This document shows, one piece after another, positions 10,803-25,962 of a stretch of 64,000 nucleotides of DNA. Made by a program: the position numbers and the translations under genes. The stretch covers positions 2,432,001-2,496,000 of the forward strand of contig CAXXGO010000006.1 in NCBI GenBank assembly GCA_963666835.2, read 5' to 3'. Position 1 is the stretch's first letter; each line of letters opens with the position of its first letter. The notes under the pieces were generated by a model. That model searched no databases, was not told the DNA's origin, and was given only the letters and a program-made list of their open reading frames with translations. The DNA is from Phycisphaerae bacterium (GTDB taxonomy: Bacteria; Planctomycetota; Phycisphaerae; UBA1845).

Positions 10803-11135
10803 TGTGATCCGCGATGCGGATACATCGGCCGGCGAGTCCGGCGTTGTTTTGATGAGAGCTCCGCGTTTAAGGACTTGTCGTAGCGCCGGTGACGGATCGC
10901 GACAAGTTTCGACAATGCACCTAAAGAGGATGATCGAGAAAGTACCTTAAAATAGGCGTTTTCCCGAGGCGGGGACCTGCGCACCGTTGACTCTGCCGGT
11001 GCGGGGTTTCGCCCTTTGATTTCGGATTGTTGTTACGGAGGATCCACTTGCGGATCTGGTGAGGCGAGTCGACTGACTCGGAACAACCTTGATGACTCGT
11101 TCCGCGTTCTGCGGAGCTTGCGAGGAGAAACGGTG

Positions 11136-11888
11136 ATGAGATATGTGGTCTGTATTCTGTTGAGTCTGGCGTTCGTGTCGGCGACGGCCTACGCCGGGGA
11201 CGCAAAGCCCGGTGAGCTGACCGACCCAACCGAGATTCTCAAGCGTGCCGATGCCGCCTGTAAGGCGGTCAAAACCGTCAAGTATGACCTGGCCTTCGAG
11301 GTGCTCGGAGCGGATGCGGCCCGGTCTCCCAAGACCGCGGCAACCGTACTCGTCTCGGGGTTTGCCTATAACAGTCCCGAGAAGTTCTACATTGACATGA
11401 AGATTACCGAGCCGGGAGCCTCCGAGCGACCTTGGTTCACCGCGGGCGGCGATGGCGACATGTTCTTCGCGGTCGACCACGATGCTAAGAAGGCCTACGA
11501 GGACATCGACCCACAGGTAGTCGGGTCGTTCGGGGACCGGATTCGGCGGTTTGCGCTAATGGTCGAGTTCCTTGTGGGTGAGCCATTCAGAGACGAGATC
11601 AACGGCAAGTCCCGGGAGTTTACGGGCAGTGAGGTCATAAACGGCGAGGATTGCTACGTGGTCCACGTGGTTTACGCCACGGAACGCGAGCAGTCCGCAG
11701 TCTGGTATTTCTCGAAAAAGGACTTCCTCCCCCGGCGTCGCGTCGACGAATACCCCCGTCCCAACGCTCAGCCGTTCAGGCAACAGAAGACGGTTGCCAA
11801 CTTGGACGTTCATCCGAAGCTCGACGAGGATGCCTTCAAGCTGAAACTGCCGGAGGGGTACGCGAAGACGGATGATTTCGCCCCCTGA
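11136..11888 (+). CDS. Exported protein, possible LolA-like fold
   Basis: GAGGAG RBS, signal peptide, EILKRAD N-terminal helix, GSEVINGEDCYVV, WYFSKKDFLP, LDEDAFKLKLPEG ending typical of LolA-like proteins. Confidence 0.65.
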   Translation: MRYVVCILLSLAFVSATAYAGDAKPGELTDPTEILKRADAACKAVKTVKYDLAFEVLGADAARSPKTAATVLVSGFAYNSPEKFYIDMKITEPGASERPWFTAGGDGDMFFAVDHDAKKAYEDIDPQVVGSFGDRIRRFALMVEFLVGEPFRDEINGKSREFTGSEVINGEDCYVVHVVYATEREQSAVWYFSKKDFLPRRRVDEYPRPNAQPFRQQKTVANLDVHPKLDEDAFKLKLPEGYAKTDDFAP

Positions 11889-12322
11889 CAATGAGAACCA
11901 CGGTCGGCGGCGGCGGTCTTTCCTTCTCCCGTGCGCCGTCGACCGCGGACCTCTTTCCACTTCTTCTTTCAGACCGAACATGCATCACCCGGCCGTGTAG
12001 ATAGGGCTTGGCGACGGTGGGTGATGCATGCTCGGTCGTATTGTTCCGTTGTGCGCCGCGGCGAGCGGTTTCGACATGCAAAGGACGGTCGGCGCATATC
12101 GGACCATCAGCCGGGTGTGCCCAATGCGGTGTGCTTACGAGCGCATATTCCGCGCGACCGCTGTATTCTCTTGTGGCGCACCCGTATCTTCCCCTACAAT
12201 AGTAGTGTACTCGTGACTACAATGGCTCACGGTACAGGAATGCGGCGGCCCAAGAGCGGTTGCTCATGGATTGGCAGGGGGCATGAGTGGCTCCGCGGGC
12301 TGAATCTACCGGTGGGGGGTGT

Positions 12323-12901
12323 ATGCCGGGCGACCAAGACAAGCCGGTTACTCGCGCGCTATACGCGGCTCTTCATGGCGATCCGAGGGCCGCGGAGAGA
12401 CTTCTGCCTTTGGTCTACGACGAGCTGAGGGCACTCGCCCGGGCAAGGCTCAAGAAGATCCCTCCAGGCCAGACCCTTCAGCCTACCGCTTTGGTCCATG
12501 AAGCCTACCTCCGTGTAGTTGGAAGTGAGGATCCCGGTTGGGACGGACGAGGTCATTTCTTTGCCGCTGCGGCGCGGGCGATGCGCGATATTCTCGTGGA
12601 GCATGCCCGCCGAAAGACAGCCAAAAAACGCGGGGGAGACCGTCAACGAGTTTCCGCAGAACAAGTGGAGCCGACCATGGAACCACCCTCTGAAGACATT
12701 TTAGCCGTCGATGAAGCAGTGAAACGCTTGGAGCGGGATGACCCCCGCAAGGGGCAGATCGTCAACCTCCGATACTTCGCCAGGCTGACCACCGCGGAGA
12801 CGGCCGAAGCCCTGGGCGTGTCCGTCGGCACGGTTGAACGCGAGTGGCGATATATTCGGGCGTGGCTACAGCGGGAATTGACGTGTGACGATCCTGGTTA
12901 G
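12323..12901 (+). CDS. ECF sigma factor, planctomycete TIGR02999-like (kinase-associated)
   Basis: LLPLVYDELRALA, TLQPTALVHEAYLR, HFFAAAARAMRDILV, VNLRYF, C-terminal HTH ending in AWL. Confidence 0.95.
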   Translation: MPGDQDKPVTRALYAALHGDPRAAERLLPLVYDELRALARARLKKIPPGQTLQPTALVHEAYLRVVGSEDPGWDGRGHFFAAAARAMRDILVEHARRKTAKKRGGDRQRVSAEQVEPTMEPPSEDILAVDEAVKRLERDDPRKGQIVNLRYFARLTTAETAEALGVSVGTVEREWRYIRAWLQRELTCDDPG

Positions 12902-13059
12902 AGGCTTAGGCGGTCGGGCGGTGCTTCCAAGTCTCTACGCTGGGGAATCCGAACAACGTGCAGGGATCACGACGCTGATCTCGGATTGGATAATGGGCGG
13001 ATTGTGCGCGTTGCGACCGAATGGGAAGTCCGCATGTCGTTGCGCCTTGGAGTAGCCGG

Positions 13060-16953
<3,894 letters not shown>

Positions 16954-17141
16954 AGACCGGCGGGTCCGGCTTCTTCCGGGAATTTGAACATCAGGACGGC
17001 TCGGGCGACCTATCGGACGGCGGTTGCAGAACTCTCGGCATCCCGCGAGGAGTCCGCACGAGGAGCGCACTTCAGCCGCCTCCGACGTGGCGCAGTCGTT
17101 ACACCAAAGACGCCGGCAGCAACAATGCTGACGGCGGTGCG

Positions 17142-17597
17142 TCAGCTTTGGTAACGTTCAATGGCGGCGAAGAGTTCGTCCGCGGTTGTCGCCTGGGCCA
17201 TCGCCACTCGGAATCCGTTGGTCTGCCAGAGGCGACTGACGTGGGCCAGCGCCTGAATGTGCGGGCCCGTCTGGTCCGCCGGACTGGCCAGCATCGCCAC
17301 CACGGTTACCGGACGCCCGTCAGCGCTGTCGAACTCGATCGGTTCGGCCGCCTTACCCAGCGCCATTACGAGATTACGACAAGAGGCCGGTTTCCCGTGC
17401 GGCACGGCTAAGCCAAGCCCGATTCCGGTTGAGCGGGTCTGCTCGCGGGCGAGGATGGTCTGCAGGAAGTCCTCGCGGTCCGCAGCGTGGCCGGCTTCAC
17501 AAAGCACATCGACCAGCTCCGCGATGACCGCGTTCTTCTCGGTCGCCTTCAGGGGGACCCGTACACACTGCCGTTCGAGTATCTCCGTTATCTTCAT
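17142..17597 (-). CDS. PTS IIA-like protein (Fru/Ntr family)
   Basis: RE..RSTGIGLGLAVPHG phospho-His motif; IEFDSADGRPV. Confidence 0.92.
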   Translation of the reverse strand: MKITEILERQCVRVPLKATEKNAVIAELVDVLCEAGHAADREDFLQTILAREQTRSTGIGLGLAVPHGKPASCRNLVMALGKAAEPIEFDSADGRPVTVVAMLASPADQTGPHIQALAHVSRLWQTNGFRVAMAQATTADELFAAIERYQS

Positions 17598-17752
17598 CGA
17601 GGTTGCTTCGTCTCGCTGGAGGAGCAGGTCAAACAGAAAAGTCCATTCTCGGCGACCATCGCCGAATCTCATTCTCCGCGTAGAGTAGTCGCCGGACCGC
17701 AGCTCCGCAATGCGATCCAACACCGCTTGGCCAAGCCGGGTTTCCTCGGGTT

Positions 17753-18634
<882 letters not shown>

Positions 18635-18733
18635 TGTCCGACAGCCCCCCGTAGTGTGCTCAGTGACACCCGACATCACCGCTCGGTGCCTCCACCTTGA
18701 TAATAGCCTCCAGTCGAGCCGGGGCCAACCGGA

Positions 18734-21616
18734 CTACGGCAAATACAGGTTCCCCAGAGATGCCGGGGTGTACGCGTTGCGGACGGCGCCGGACCACGTA
18801 CTGAATTCCTGATTCTCCAGATCGAAGCGGGTGATGTTCAATCCCCAGAAGTCTCGGCTTGGGATTCCCGCTTCGAAGGCGGATAACGGGATGCGCAGCT
18901 CAACCGTCCATTGGTCCGGATGCGCCCGCGTCGCTACCTCGATGTCCGCCGGCCAGGGCTCGCGCATACCGCAAGGCGGTGAGAAACGGATGCCCTTCTC
19001 CGTCAGATCGCTCCCGGTCCGCTTAACCACGATATGGAAAAGATCCGCGGGAGACCGCGTGCCGGTATTGTACGGGTCCAACAGGATCTCGACGAGTTCC
19101 TCACCCATGGGGATCAGATCGTCGTAACGGACGGTCTTCCGCGCCGCCGTAGGGGCGGAGTTTCCGCGGGGCGTGCTGCAGTTCACCGCCAGGTACAGAT
19201 GCTCCGCGTCGCTCATGACCAGCCCCACGGTTGCACTACGCGGACGCGCGTCCGCCGCCGTGATCGGGTCACCTGAGATCGGTATGAATTCGGCGGCGAC
19301 GTTGGTTACCCCGGCCGGCCAGTCTTGAAGATCTCCGTCGACTCGAATCGGTGATTCGATTGGGCGGCTGTGGACACAACAGACCCGCAAGAAGAAGCGA
19401 TGGTTCTCTCCGCGATCGGTGTCGAGCTCCAATGGCAATGCGACGGAGCCGGCTGCCGCCGCTGGGATTGTGTCGGTCTCAGCCTGCAGCCTCAGCCGTC
19501 GGGTCTGTCCGGGAGCCAGTCCCGAGAACGACTGTTCGGAGACCACGCCTCTCCAGCCGTCCGGAAGGTCCCTGAACCGAATACTCCCGCTTATCACTTG
19601 GTCGGTACGATTCACCAGGGTCAGCACGCCCTCGACTTCAGTCGTCGGGGACTGATACGATCCGGATGACCTGATTCTCGCCCCGTCCACGTAAACGCGC
19701 AGCCTCTGGGTATCGTTAGCAAATCGCCGCGATAACGCCGTGCGAACGAGGATTTCGGACCTGCTGAGCGGTTCACCGCGATACGCCGCGTCGAGAAGAG
19801 CCTGAGCCATGATCCGGCGCGCGGCTTCGAAAACGCTCGGATCATCCGGCCAGCCGATAGGTCGGCCGTCGGCGAAGTGGTTTCTCGCCGCGGCCGAACC
19901 GGAGTAACGAACCAGAGACTCGCGGACTATGCGGACCGTGTCTTCAAGGCCGTGCCGGTTCAACAGATCACCATAGGCAGCATCCTGGAGGCTGCGACGA
20001 AGGTACTTCAGACGGACCGACGCAACCGGCTGGGCCAGGCCGAAAGGCCGACCGGGGTAAAGCAGCACGCCCGGATCGAAACGTACGCAGTCGTTCGGAT
20101 CGGGAGCTTCTTCCGCATCGGGCCAGTGGTTGACGGGCCCGACAAATGCCGCGTCGGCCTCCAGTGCTGCCACTTGCTGGCCAAGGACTCGAATGGATGA
20201 CGGGCCGGCATGGATTGCGGTGGATCCGCTGAACGGGGGACGGTCTATTGTCACCCAGGTACGTCGTCCCGCCGCCCGCTCCGCGGCCATGATCTCGGCA
20301 TCAAAGAACTGCGCCGGGGGCATCCAGATCCCCACCGCTTCACGGTAGAGCGGTTGTTCGTAGCCGATCCAGCCGAGCGGAACGAGGTCTTGAGGACAAC
20401 GTCGTGATACCAGGGGGATGCCCTCGGCGGCACGTCTGAGCAAGCCGACCAGTTCAGCGTCGTGCGGAGAGCCTTGCTTGCCCGGAGGCGGTTCCGCGGG
20501 GAGTATCAGATAACTGCGGTCCGACCAGCCCATATCTGCGAAATGGCGGCTGCATTGCCTCAGGTAGTCACCCACAAACTCCGTTGGCGCAGGTCCGAGC
20601 CTTGCCGCCTCTGACTTGTCGGCCGTCCGCATCGGTTCCGCGGGGATGGGCCAATACTGAAGCGGAATCCGGTTAACGAAGCGCTGCCCGTTCAGGCAGG
20701 GTTCCACGATCCGGTCGAATCCCCCCCAGTCGAGCACCAGATCACCTTGCGCCTCAATCCTCATCCGGGGTGTCAGCGTCGGCAGAACCGGATTCAGCCG
20801 ATGATTGCGCAGAAGGCGGATCGTCGAATCGACCAGCAGTTCGATGTTGTCTCGCTGGGCTTGGTCTTGCCAGTCGTTGACGGTAAGTCGAAGGGGGTGG
20901 CCCCGACTTTGCAGATGGTGGCTGCACAGTGCCAGGTGGTCGACTTCGGCGATGAACGCCCGATCCGTCGTTTCCGGCAACACGAACGGCCAGACCGTCA
21001 GTTCGACATTCACTGTGCCCACGGGTTTGCCCCGCGAGGTCAGCTCTACGCCCCCCACATAAGCGCCGGCAGGGACTCCCTTGGGCACGGTTAAGTCGGC
21101 CCAGAAGTAGTAGGTTTCCTCGGGCTTCAGAGCCGCCGGCAGCCCGCCGATCGGGGCGTGCAGGGGGACGAGGGCGTCGAGCGGGGCGTCGACGCGCGCT
21201 TCCGCCGCAAGCGTACGAACGTGCCATCCCGGCCAGTCTTCGATTCGGACTCGGTGCAGGCGAAACAACTGCACCCCGGCGGGGTCTATCGCCGAATCGG
21301 ATGATCGAAGCGGAGTGATGCGAATGTCCGGTTGCTTGAGCTCTGCCCCACCGGATCGCCATGCAAACCGAAAGCTGAGCACTTCCCCGATGGCACCGGC
21401 CAGCCGGACTCGGTTAGTAGTCCAACCAGCGGCGTCATGCACGTCGGGCGCGGACTCGGGCAGCACCCAGACCTTAGCGGCCGGACCTACTACCTGACAA
21501 CCGCCCAATACTGCGATGGCAGCCAATCCGACCGCCAGTCGCATCGGGATAATCGCACGAACGTGTCGGGCGTAAACCCGAACCTGCTCAGCAACGAGCC
21601 GCAAAACTTTGCTCAC
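18734..21616 (-). CDS. Large putative lipoprotein with DUF4091/GH123-like region and C-terminal CBM9-like domain
   Basis: Lipobox-like LGGC; LLYPG..SVRLKYLRRSLQD; VDGDLQDW..HLYLAV..WTVELRIP..WGLNITR. Confidence 0.7.
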   Translation of the reverse strand: MSKVLRLVAEQVRVYARHVRAIIPMRLAVGLAAIAVLGGCQVVGPAAKVWVLPESAPDVHDAAGWTTNRVRLAGAIGEVLSFRFAWRSGGAELKQPDIRITPLRSSDSAIDPAGVQLFRLHRVRIEDWPGWHVRTLAAEARVDAPLDALVPLHAPIGGLPAALKPEETYYFWADLTVPKGVPAGAYVGGVELTSRGKPVGTVNVELTVWPFVLPETTDRAFIAEVDHLALCSHHLQSRGHPLRLTVNDWQDQAQRDNIELLVDSTIRLLRNHRLNPVLPTLTPRMRIEAQGDLVLDWGGFDRIVEPCLNGQRFVNRIPLQYWPIPAEPMRTADKSEAARLGPAPTEFVGDYLRQCSRHFADMGWSDRSYLILPAEPPPGKQGSPHDAELVGLLRRAAEGIPLVSRRCPQDLVPLGWIGYEQPLYREAVGIWMPPAQFFDAEIMAAERAAGRRTWVTIDRPPFSGSTAIHAGPSSIRVLGQQVAALEADAAFVGPVNHWPDAEEAPDPNDCVRFDPGVLLYPGRPFGLAQPVASVRLKYLRRSLQDAAYGDLLNRHGLEDTVRIVRESLVRYSGSAAARNHFADGRPIGWPDDPSVFEAARRIMAQALLDAAYRGEPLSRSEILVRTALSRRFANDTQRLRVYVDGARIRSSGSYQSPTTEVEGVLTLVNRTDQVISGSIRFRDLPDGWRGVVSEQSFSGLAPGQTRRLRLQAETDTIPAAAAGSVALPLELDTDRGENHRFFLRVCCVHSRPIESPIRVDGDLQDWPAGVTNVAAEFIPISGDPITAADARPRSATVGLVMSDAEHLYLAVNCSTPRGNSAPTAARKTVRYDDLIPMGEELVEILLDPYNTGTRSPADLFHIVVKRTGSDLTEKGIRFSPPCGMREPWPADIEVATRAHPDQWTVELRIPLSAFEAGIPSRDFWGLNITRFDLENQEFSTWSGAVRNAYTPASLGNLYLP

Positions 21617-21628
21617 GGAGGTTGAAGA

Positions 21629-22447
21629 CTAAGAAGGATCCTCGACGTCCTCGGTCTCGCCCTCATCGGGATTGACGACCTCGATGGTGCCATCTTCCTT
21701 GGCCCGCACTTTTCTGAGTATCGCCGGAGGCACCTGATCTTCCGAAATCGGCACGGGCGTAATCATCGCCGGGACGTCATCCAAAGAGCTCTCGGTTACT
21801 TCCTCCTCCGGAGGCGCCGAGACGAACCGCACTACCGTGAAAACCTCATCAAGCCGGGCGATACGGTCTTTGGCGAGCTGATAGTACGGCACACCGTTCA
21901 AGGCCGTGTTGTCCAACACAGCCTTGAGGTGCCGACGCGCCGTCTCTTTGTGCTCGGCCTTGCCGTCCCGTGCAAACTCGTTTTCTGCTACCGTAGCGAG
22001 ACCACAGTGGGCTGCACCGAATGCGATCGGGTTGTTGGCGAACCGAGTGAGTAGCGCGTTGAAGGCCTCTCCGGCCTTCTTGTTCCATTCCGCGCTCGGC
22101 GGATCATCTACTTCGCGCGCCAGACGTAGAGCTTGTGCTCCCTGATCGACCAGCGAAGTCAGGACGAAATGTCGATCAGTCGCGTCACTGGTCAGCCGGC
22201 TGAGGCGATCAAGCGACGCCGTGCTGTTCTCCACGGTATCGTACTTGAGCTCGGCCTTCTGCTGCCACAGGTCTTCCAAGGCTACGGCGCGAGACCGTGC
22301 CGTCATGCCCGCGATTATTATTACCACGACCACGACCAGGGCGATCATTAAGATCTTCGTGCCGTGTTCGTTTAGATACGTTTTGGCGACCTCCAGCATG
22401 TGGGACAGGTCGTTTTCCTTCAACTCGTGACGTCGTTCCGATTTCAT
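21629..22447 (-). CDS. Membrane-anchored helical hypothetical protein (YfgM/TPR-like)
   Basis: MKSERRHELKENDL N-terminus, single TM helix, helical body, acidic tail. Confidence 0.75.
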   Translation of the reverse strand: MKSERRHELKENDLSHMLEVAKTYLNEHGTKILMIALVVVVVIIIAGMTARSRAVALEDLWQQKAELKYDTVENSTASLDRLSRLTSDATDRHFVLTSLVDQGAQALRLAREVDDPPSAEWNKKAGEAFNALLTRFANNPIAFGAAHCGLATVAENEFARDGKAEHKETARRHLKAVLDNTALNGVPYYQLAKDRIARLDEVFTVVRFVSAPPEEEVTESSLDDVPAMITPVPISEDQVPPAILRKVRAKEDGTIEVVNPDEGETEDVEDPS

Positions 22448-22482
22448 ATTACTGTCTTCTTCGCTGATTCCGCTCCGACCGC

Positions 22483-22965
22483 CTACGGTGCGATCGGCGT
22501 GATGATTACATCAACTGTCACTCGACCGAACATCCCGGGCGGTCGACCTTGGATCGTGATGGTACACGATTCCGCCCCGCGCTCAAACTTCATTGTATAT
22601 CGCCCATGCACATTGCTGTCACTGGTCTCGACCCACCGCACCAATGGCATCTGCTCGCGGTAAAACTGCCGCGTACGCGACTTATCGGCCTTTCCCGTGT
22701 AGCGGTGACGCACATAACGGATCGAGCCCGACGCCCAATCCTCGCTAGACTGATCGACCAAACGGAACCCAACTGGTAACGGAATATCCGCCGTTACCGG
22801 ATGCGGCGAGGCCACCATGCCGCCAGCTTGGTCTCTTACGCCCGAACCTACGCATCCGCAAGTTGCGATGAGCACCCCGGCCGCCAGGGTTTGGGTTATG
22901 CGAATAATCCTGTGTGACACTGCCAGCCCTCGATGTGCGGGCCCCCAACGCTTTGCGGCCCGCAC
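22483..22965 (-). CDS. Putative lipoprotein, hypothetical (start uncertain)
   Basis: Hydrophobic stretch ending LIATCGC; DIPLPVGF, FYREQMP..RW; same orientation as the downstream genes. Confidence 0.7.
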   Translation of the reverse strand: MRAAKRWGPAHRGLAVSHRIIRITQTLAAGVLIATCGCVGSGVRDQAGGMVASPHPVTADIPLPVGFRLVDQSSEDWASGSIRYVRHRYTGKADKSRTRQFYREQMPLVRWVETSDSNVHGRYTMKFERGAESCTITIQGRPPGMFGRVTVDVIITPIAP

Positions 22966-23205
22966 GCAACTGCACGGTGAGAAAGGAGCTTACGACTCGC
23001 CACCGTTCTCGTCAACGACGTGTGCCGTTCCGCGGTATCTCCGCCGGAGACGAGGGGAGTTTATTGCCCCTGGCGAGGTTGAACTACGGTTGTTTTCGGC
23101 CGTACTAACGATAGACTGTTCCGGTCGTTAATCACGCGGTCTCTTCGCGAGGCTCTTTCCGCCCAATTGGGCGCCGGCAACCTTTTCTTATGGAGGCAAG
23201 CAGAC

Positions 23206-23841
23206 ATGGCCGCCGACTCGTCAGAATCAACCGGATCCGCCGATTCGCCCCGGCCGAAGCGACCGTTCATCAGCGCTCGATTGATCATCCTGGTGGTGGT
23301 TGGAGCAGCGATGGCCACCTATTGGGCGACCAGGGAACCCGTGGTGTTCGACCCGAACGATGCCGGAGACCGGGACCAGATCGTCGCCGATGACCTGTCG
23401 GCAGTGGAGGTTGGCCAACAACTTGTTTGGCAACAGCCCTGTGAGGGCGAAGGACCCCCCGAGGACGCCCCGGTCGAACTGTCGATCGATGTCTGGGTAG
23501 ATCCGGCCGACACCAAGAACAGGCTACATTTCAGTATCACTGAGGCGCATGGGTACTACGTTGATACTCCCAGCATGCTGTTCTGGTATCAGGAAGCCGG
23601 TGAGGATATTGGTCCCGAAGAGTCTGGCCTCGTGCTCCGCCAGACGATGTTCAACAACCTGGTGCCGGCCAACGGTGAGATGCGAGATTGTCTTGAGGTG
23701 GTCGCGGCGGAGCTGGAGCTGGTCGGCGGGGACATCGGAACCACCGAGAACTGGCAAGCCGAAGTCATTGATTACCACAGGGCGCGGATCGAAAACTGTG
23801 ATCCACTGCCCACCGTGACGAAGAGGGTCAAGTGCGATTGA
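23206..23841 (+). CDS. Membrane-anchored hypothetical protein, paralogue A
   Basis: GGAGG RBS, N-terminal TM helix; clear similarity to the next gene (KNRL..I.EAHGYYVDT, DPLP, terminal CD). Confidence 0.85.
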   Translation: MAADSSESTGSADSPRPKRPFISARLIILVVVGAAMATYWATREPVVFDPNDAGDRDQIVADDLSAVEVGQQLVWQQPCEGEGPPEDAPVELSIDVWVDPADTKNRLHFSITEAHGYYVDTPSMLFWYQEAGEDIGPEESGLVLRQTMFNNLVPANGEMRDCLEVVAAELELVGGDIGTTENWQAEVIDYHRARIENCDPLPTVTKRVKCD

Positions 23842-23917
23842 TGGCCGGCGAACCGGCGCGGGTGTTACTTCGGGGGACGCGTTTCGGCTGCCCTGTCACG
23901 TACTCCTCGGTGGTGTC

Positions 23918-24481
23918 GTGAAAGCGCGGCTGGTCGTATTCGCGGTGCTCGGGGTATCTCTACTGGTCTATCACGTCGTCACGAATGACGATCTCAGGCC
24001 GCAGGTGCCGACACTCGGTCGGGTGTTGCCGGGAGAACCTCCGCATGAAGTGGTTGAGATTCGTAAGCAACTTGTGCGAGAGCAGAAGATCGGCGGGGAA
24101 GAGCCGCCGGAGCCTGTTGATCTCACCGTTCGGGTCTGGACGGATCCCACTGATGGCAAGAACCGGCTCTACTACGAGATATCCGAGGCTCACGGTTACT
24201 ACGTGGACACCTTCAGGCTGCAGTTCTGGTTTGCCGGTGGTGAGGGAATCACCGGGCCACGCAGTTCTCCCCTCGTCGTTCCTGTGTTTTTGAATGATTA
24301 CCTAACCGCCGGCGATGTGCTGCGGAGCTGTGTCGACGTGACGCCGATCGAGCTTCGTGGGGTTGGCGGGAGCCTCGGGTCAAGCGAGGACTGGGCGGCG
24401 CGGGTTGTTAGCTATTACCGGGCGCGCGCCGCCAATCCGGATCCTCTGCCTGAAGCCCCCGTGGGGATTCGATGTGACTAA
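23918..24481 (+). CDS. Membrane-anchored hypothetical protein, paralogue B
   Basis: GTG start, N-terminal TM helix, shared motifs with 23206..23841. Confidence 0.85.
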   Translation: MKARLVVFAVLGVSLLVYHVVTNDDLRPQVPTLGRVLPGEPPHEVVEIRKQLVREQKIGGEEPPEPVDLTVRVWTDPTDGKNRLYYEISEAHGYYVDTFRLQFWFAGGEGITGPRSSPLVVPVFLNDYLTAGDVLRSCVDVTPIELRGVGGSLGSSEDWAARVVSYYRARAANPDPLPEAPVGIRCD

Positions 24482-24543
24482 GCCCGGAAGACTCATCCAA
24501 CCGAAGTACAGGGTGGGGGTCAATTCCGCTTCTGCGGCTGCTG

Positions 24544-25791
24544 TCAGGTGAGTAGCTGGAGGATGTTGAACAGCACCGAGAGCAGCAGGATCACACCCAA
24601 AGCGAGAACGAGTTGGCTTGATACCCCGGTGGTGCCTGCAACGACCTCGTCCTCATCGGGGTCCTTCTCGATTGCCTTGCCTTTCGTGGCCAGCGACTGG
24701 AGCAGTGCATGGTCATACTTCTGCCGGGCTAGGAGCGGGGGTTCTCCTTTGGCGACCGCTTCGATATCGGCAATAGCCTCCTCGGCCGACGGATAACGGT
24801 CGTTAGGGTCCTTCGCCATCATTACTTCGATGATCTCGCCCACGCCGGAGGAGAGCGCTTCGTTCACATGGTCCGGGGGCACCAGCGGCTCTTTGAGGTG
24901 CTTGTGCATCACCGCCGACGGCGTCGCCCCGTCAAACGGGACCTTGCCGGTTACCATGTGGTAGAAGGTGGCCCCGAGTGCATACAGGTCGGCCCGGCAG
25001 TCGATGTCGATATCGCCGCGAATCTGCTCCGGACTGATGTAATACGGTGTGCCGTACGCCCGCCCGGCCTCTGCGGCCGCCGTTGCGTAATCGCCGATCT
25101 CCCTGGCCAAGCCCATATCAGCCAACTTAACCATGCCTTCTTTGGTGAGCATGATGTTCTTCGGTTTGACATCGCGGTGGATCAGATCCATAGAATGGGC
25201 GTGTTGCAGGGCCTGCGCGGTCTGTAGGATGATCCGCAGAGCCTCTGCTTCGGCCATGCACCGACCGTCGGTCAGATGTTCGTAGATCGTGTCGCCGTCG
25301 ATGAACTCCATCACGAAGTAGTGGTAGCCGCTTGACTCGCCCACGTCGAAGGCCTGGACGATGTGCGCGTGGTTAAGCCGCGCGGCAGCCCGACCCTCTC
25401 GATAGAATCGCTCCACGAACTCCGGGTTCTCGCTCAGCCGCTTCGGTAGCACCTTGATGGCCACTATCCGGTCCAGACTCAACTGCTTGGCCTTGAACAC
25501 CACGGCCATAGCGCCCTGCCCGATCTTGCTGATGATCTGAAACCCCGGAATCTGCTGGGCCGGACGGTACATCGAGTCCTCGTCCAGCGACAGATTCAGT
25601 CGTTTGACCTGGGAGTGGGTGGCGTAACCGCGTTGGATGAGAAGCTCAGGCAGGGGGATCTCGGTTCCCTTTTTGGCGAGGGCTTTCTTCTCAGTAAGCA
25701 CGAGATCCACCTCGCTGGCCGTGCATAGCTTCCGTTCGACCACCAAACGGGCGAACTGAGATTCGTCGAGTGTTGACATATTTGAGTCCAT
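24544..25791 (-). CDS. Ser/Thr protein kinase with C-terminal TM helix (start 25791 or 25779)
   Basis: GQGAMAVV, VAIK, HRDVKPKN, DMG, GTPYYISPE. Confidence 0.95.
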   Translation of the reverse strand: MDSNMSTLDESQFARLVVERKLCTASEVDLVLTEKKALAKKGTEIPLPELLIQRGYATHSQVKRLNLSLDEDSMYRPAQQIPGFQIISKIGQGAMAVVFKAKQLSLDRIVAIKVLPKRLSENPEFVERFYREGRAAARLNHAHIVQAFDVGESSGYHYFVMEFIDGDTIYEHLTDGRCMAEAEALRIILQTAQALQHAHSMDLIHRDVKPKNIMLTKEGMVKLADMGLAREIGDYATAAAEAGRAYGTPYYISPEQIRGDIDIDCRADLYALGATFYHMVTGKVPFDGATPSAVMHKHLKEPLVPPDHVNEALSSGVGEIIEVMMAKDPNDRYPSAEEAIADIEAVAKGEPPLLARQKYDHALLQSLATKGKAIEKDPDEDEVVAGTTGVSSQLVLALGVILLLSVLFNILQLLT

Positions 25792-25962
25792 CAAGACGGG
25801 GGTGGCTGTCAGCACCGCCGCCAACATGCCGCCGGTACACGATCCACCCCACAATACGGTAGGCGCAGATCCGCGATAGATCGACCGGTCGGCGATATAC
25901 GCGGACGCCTATGCGGAGATCCCCTACAGGTCCTTTCTGCGCTTGGACCCGTGAATCGCGTG

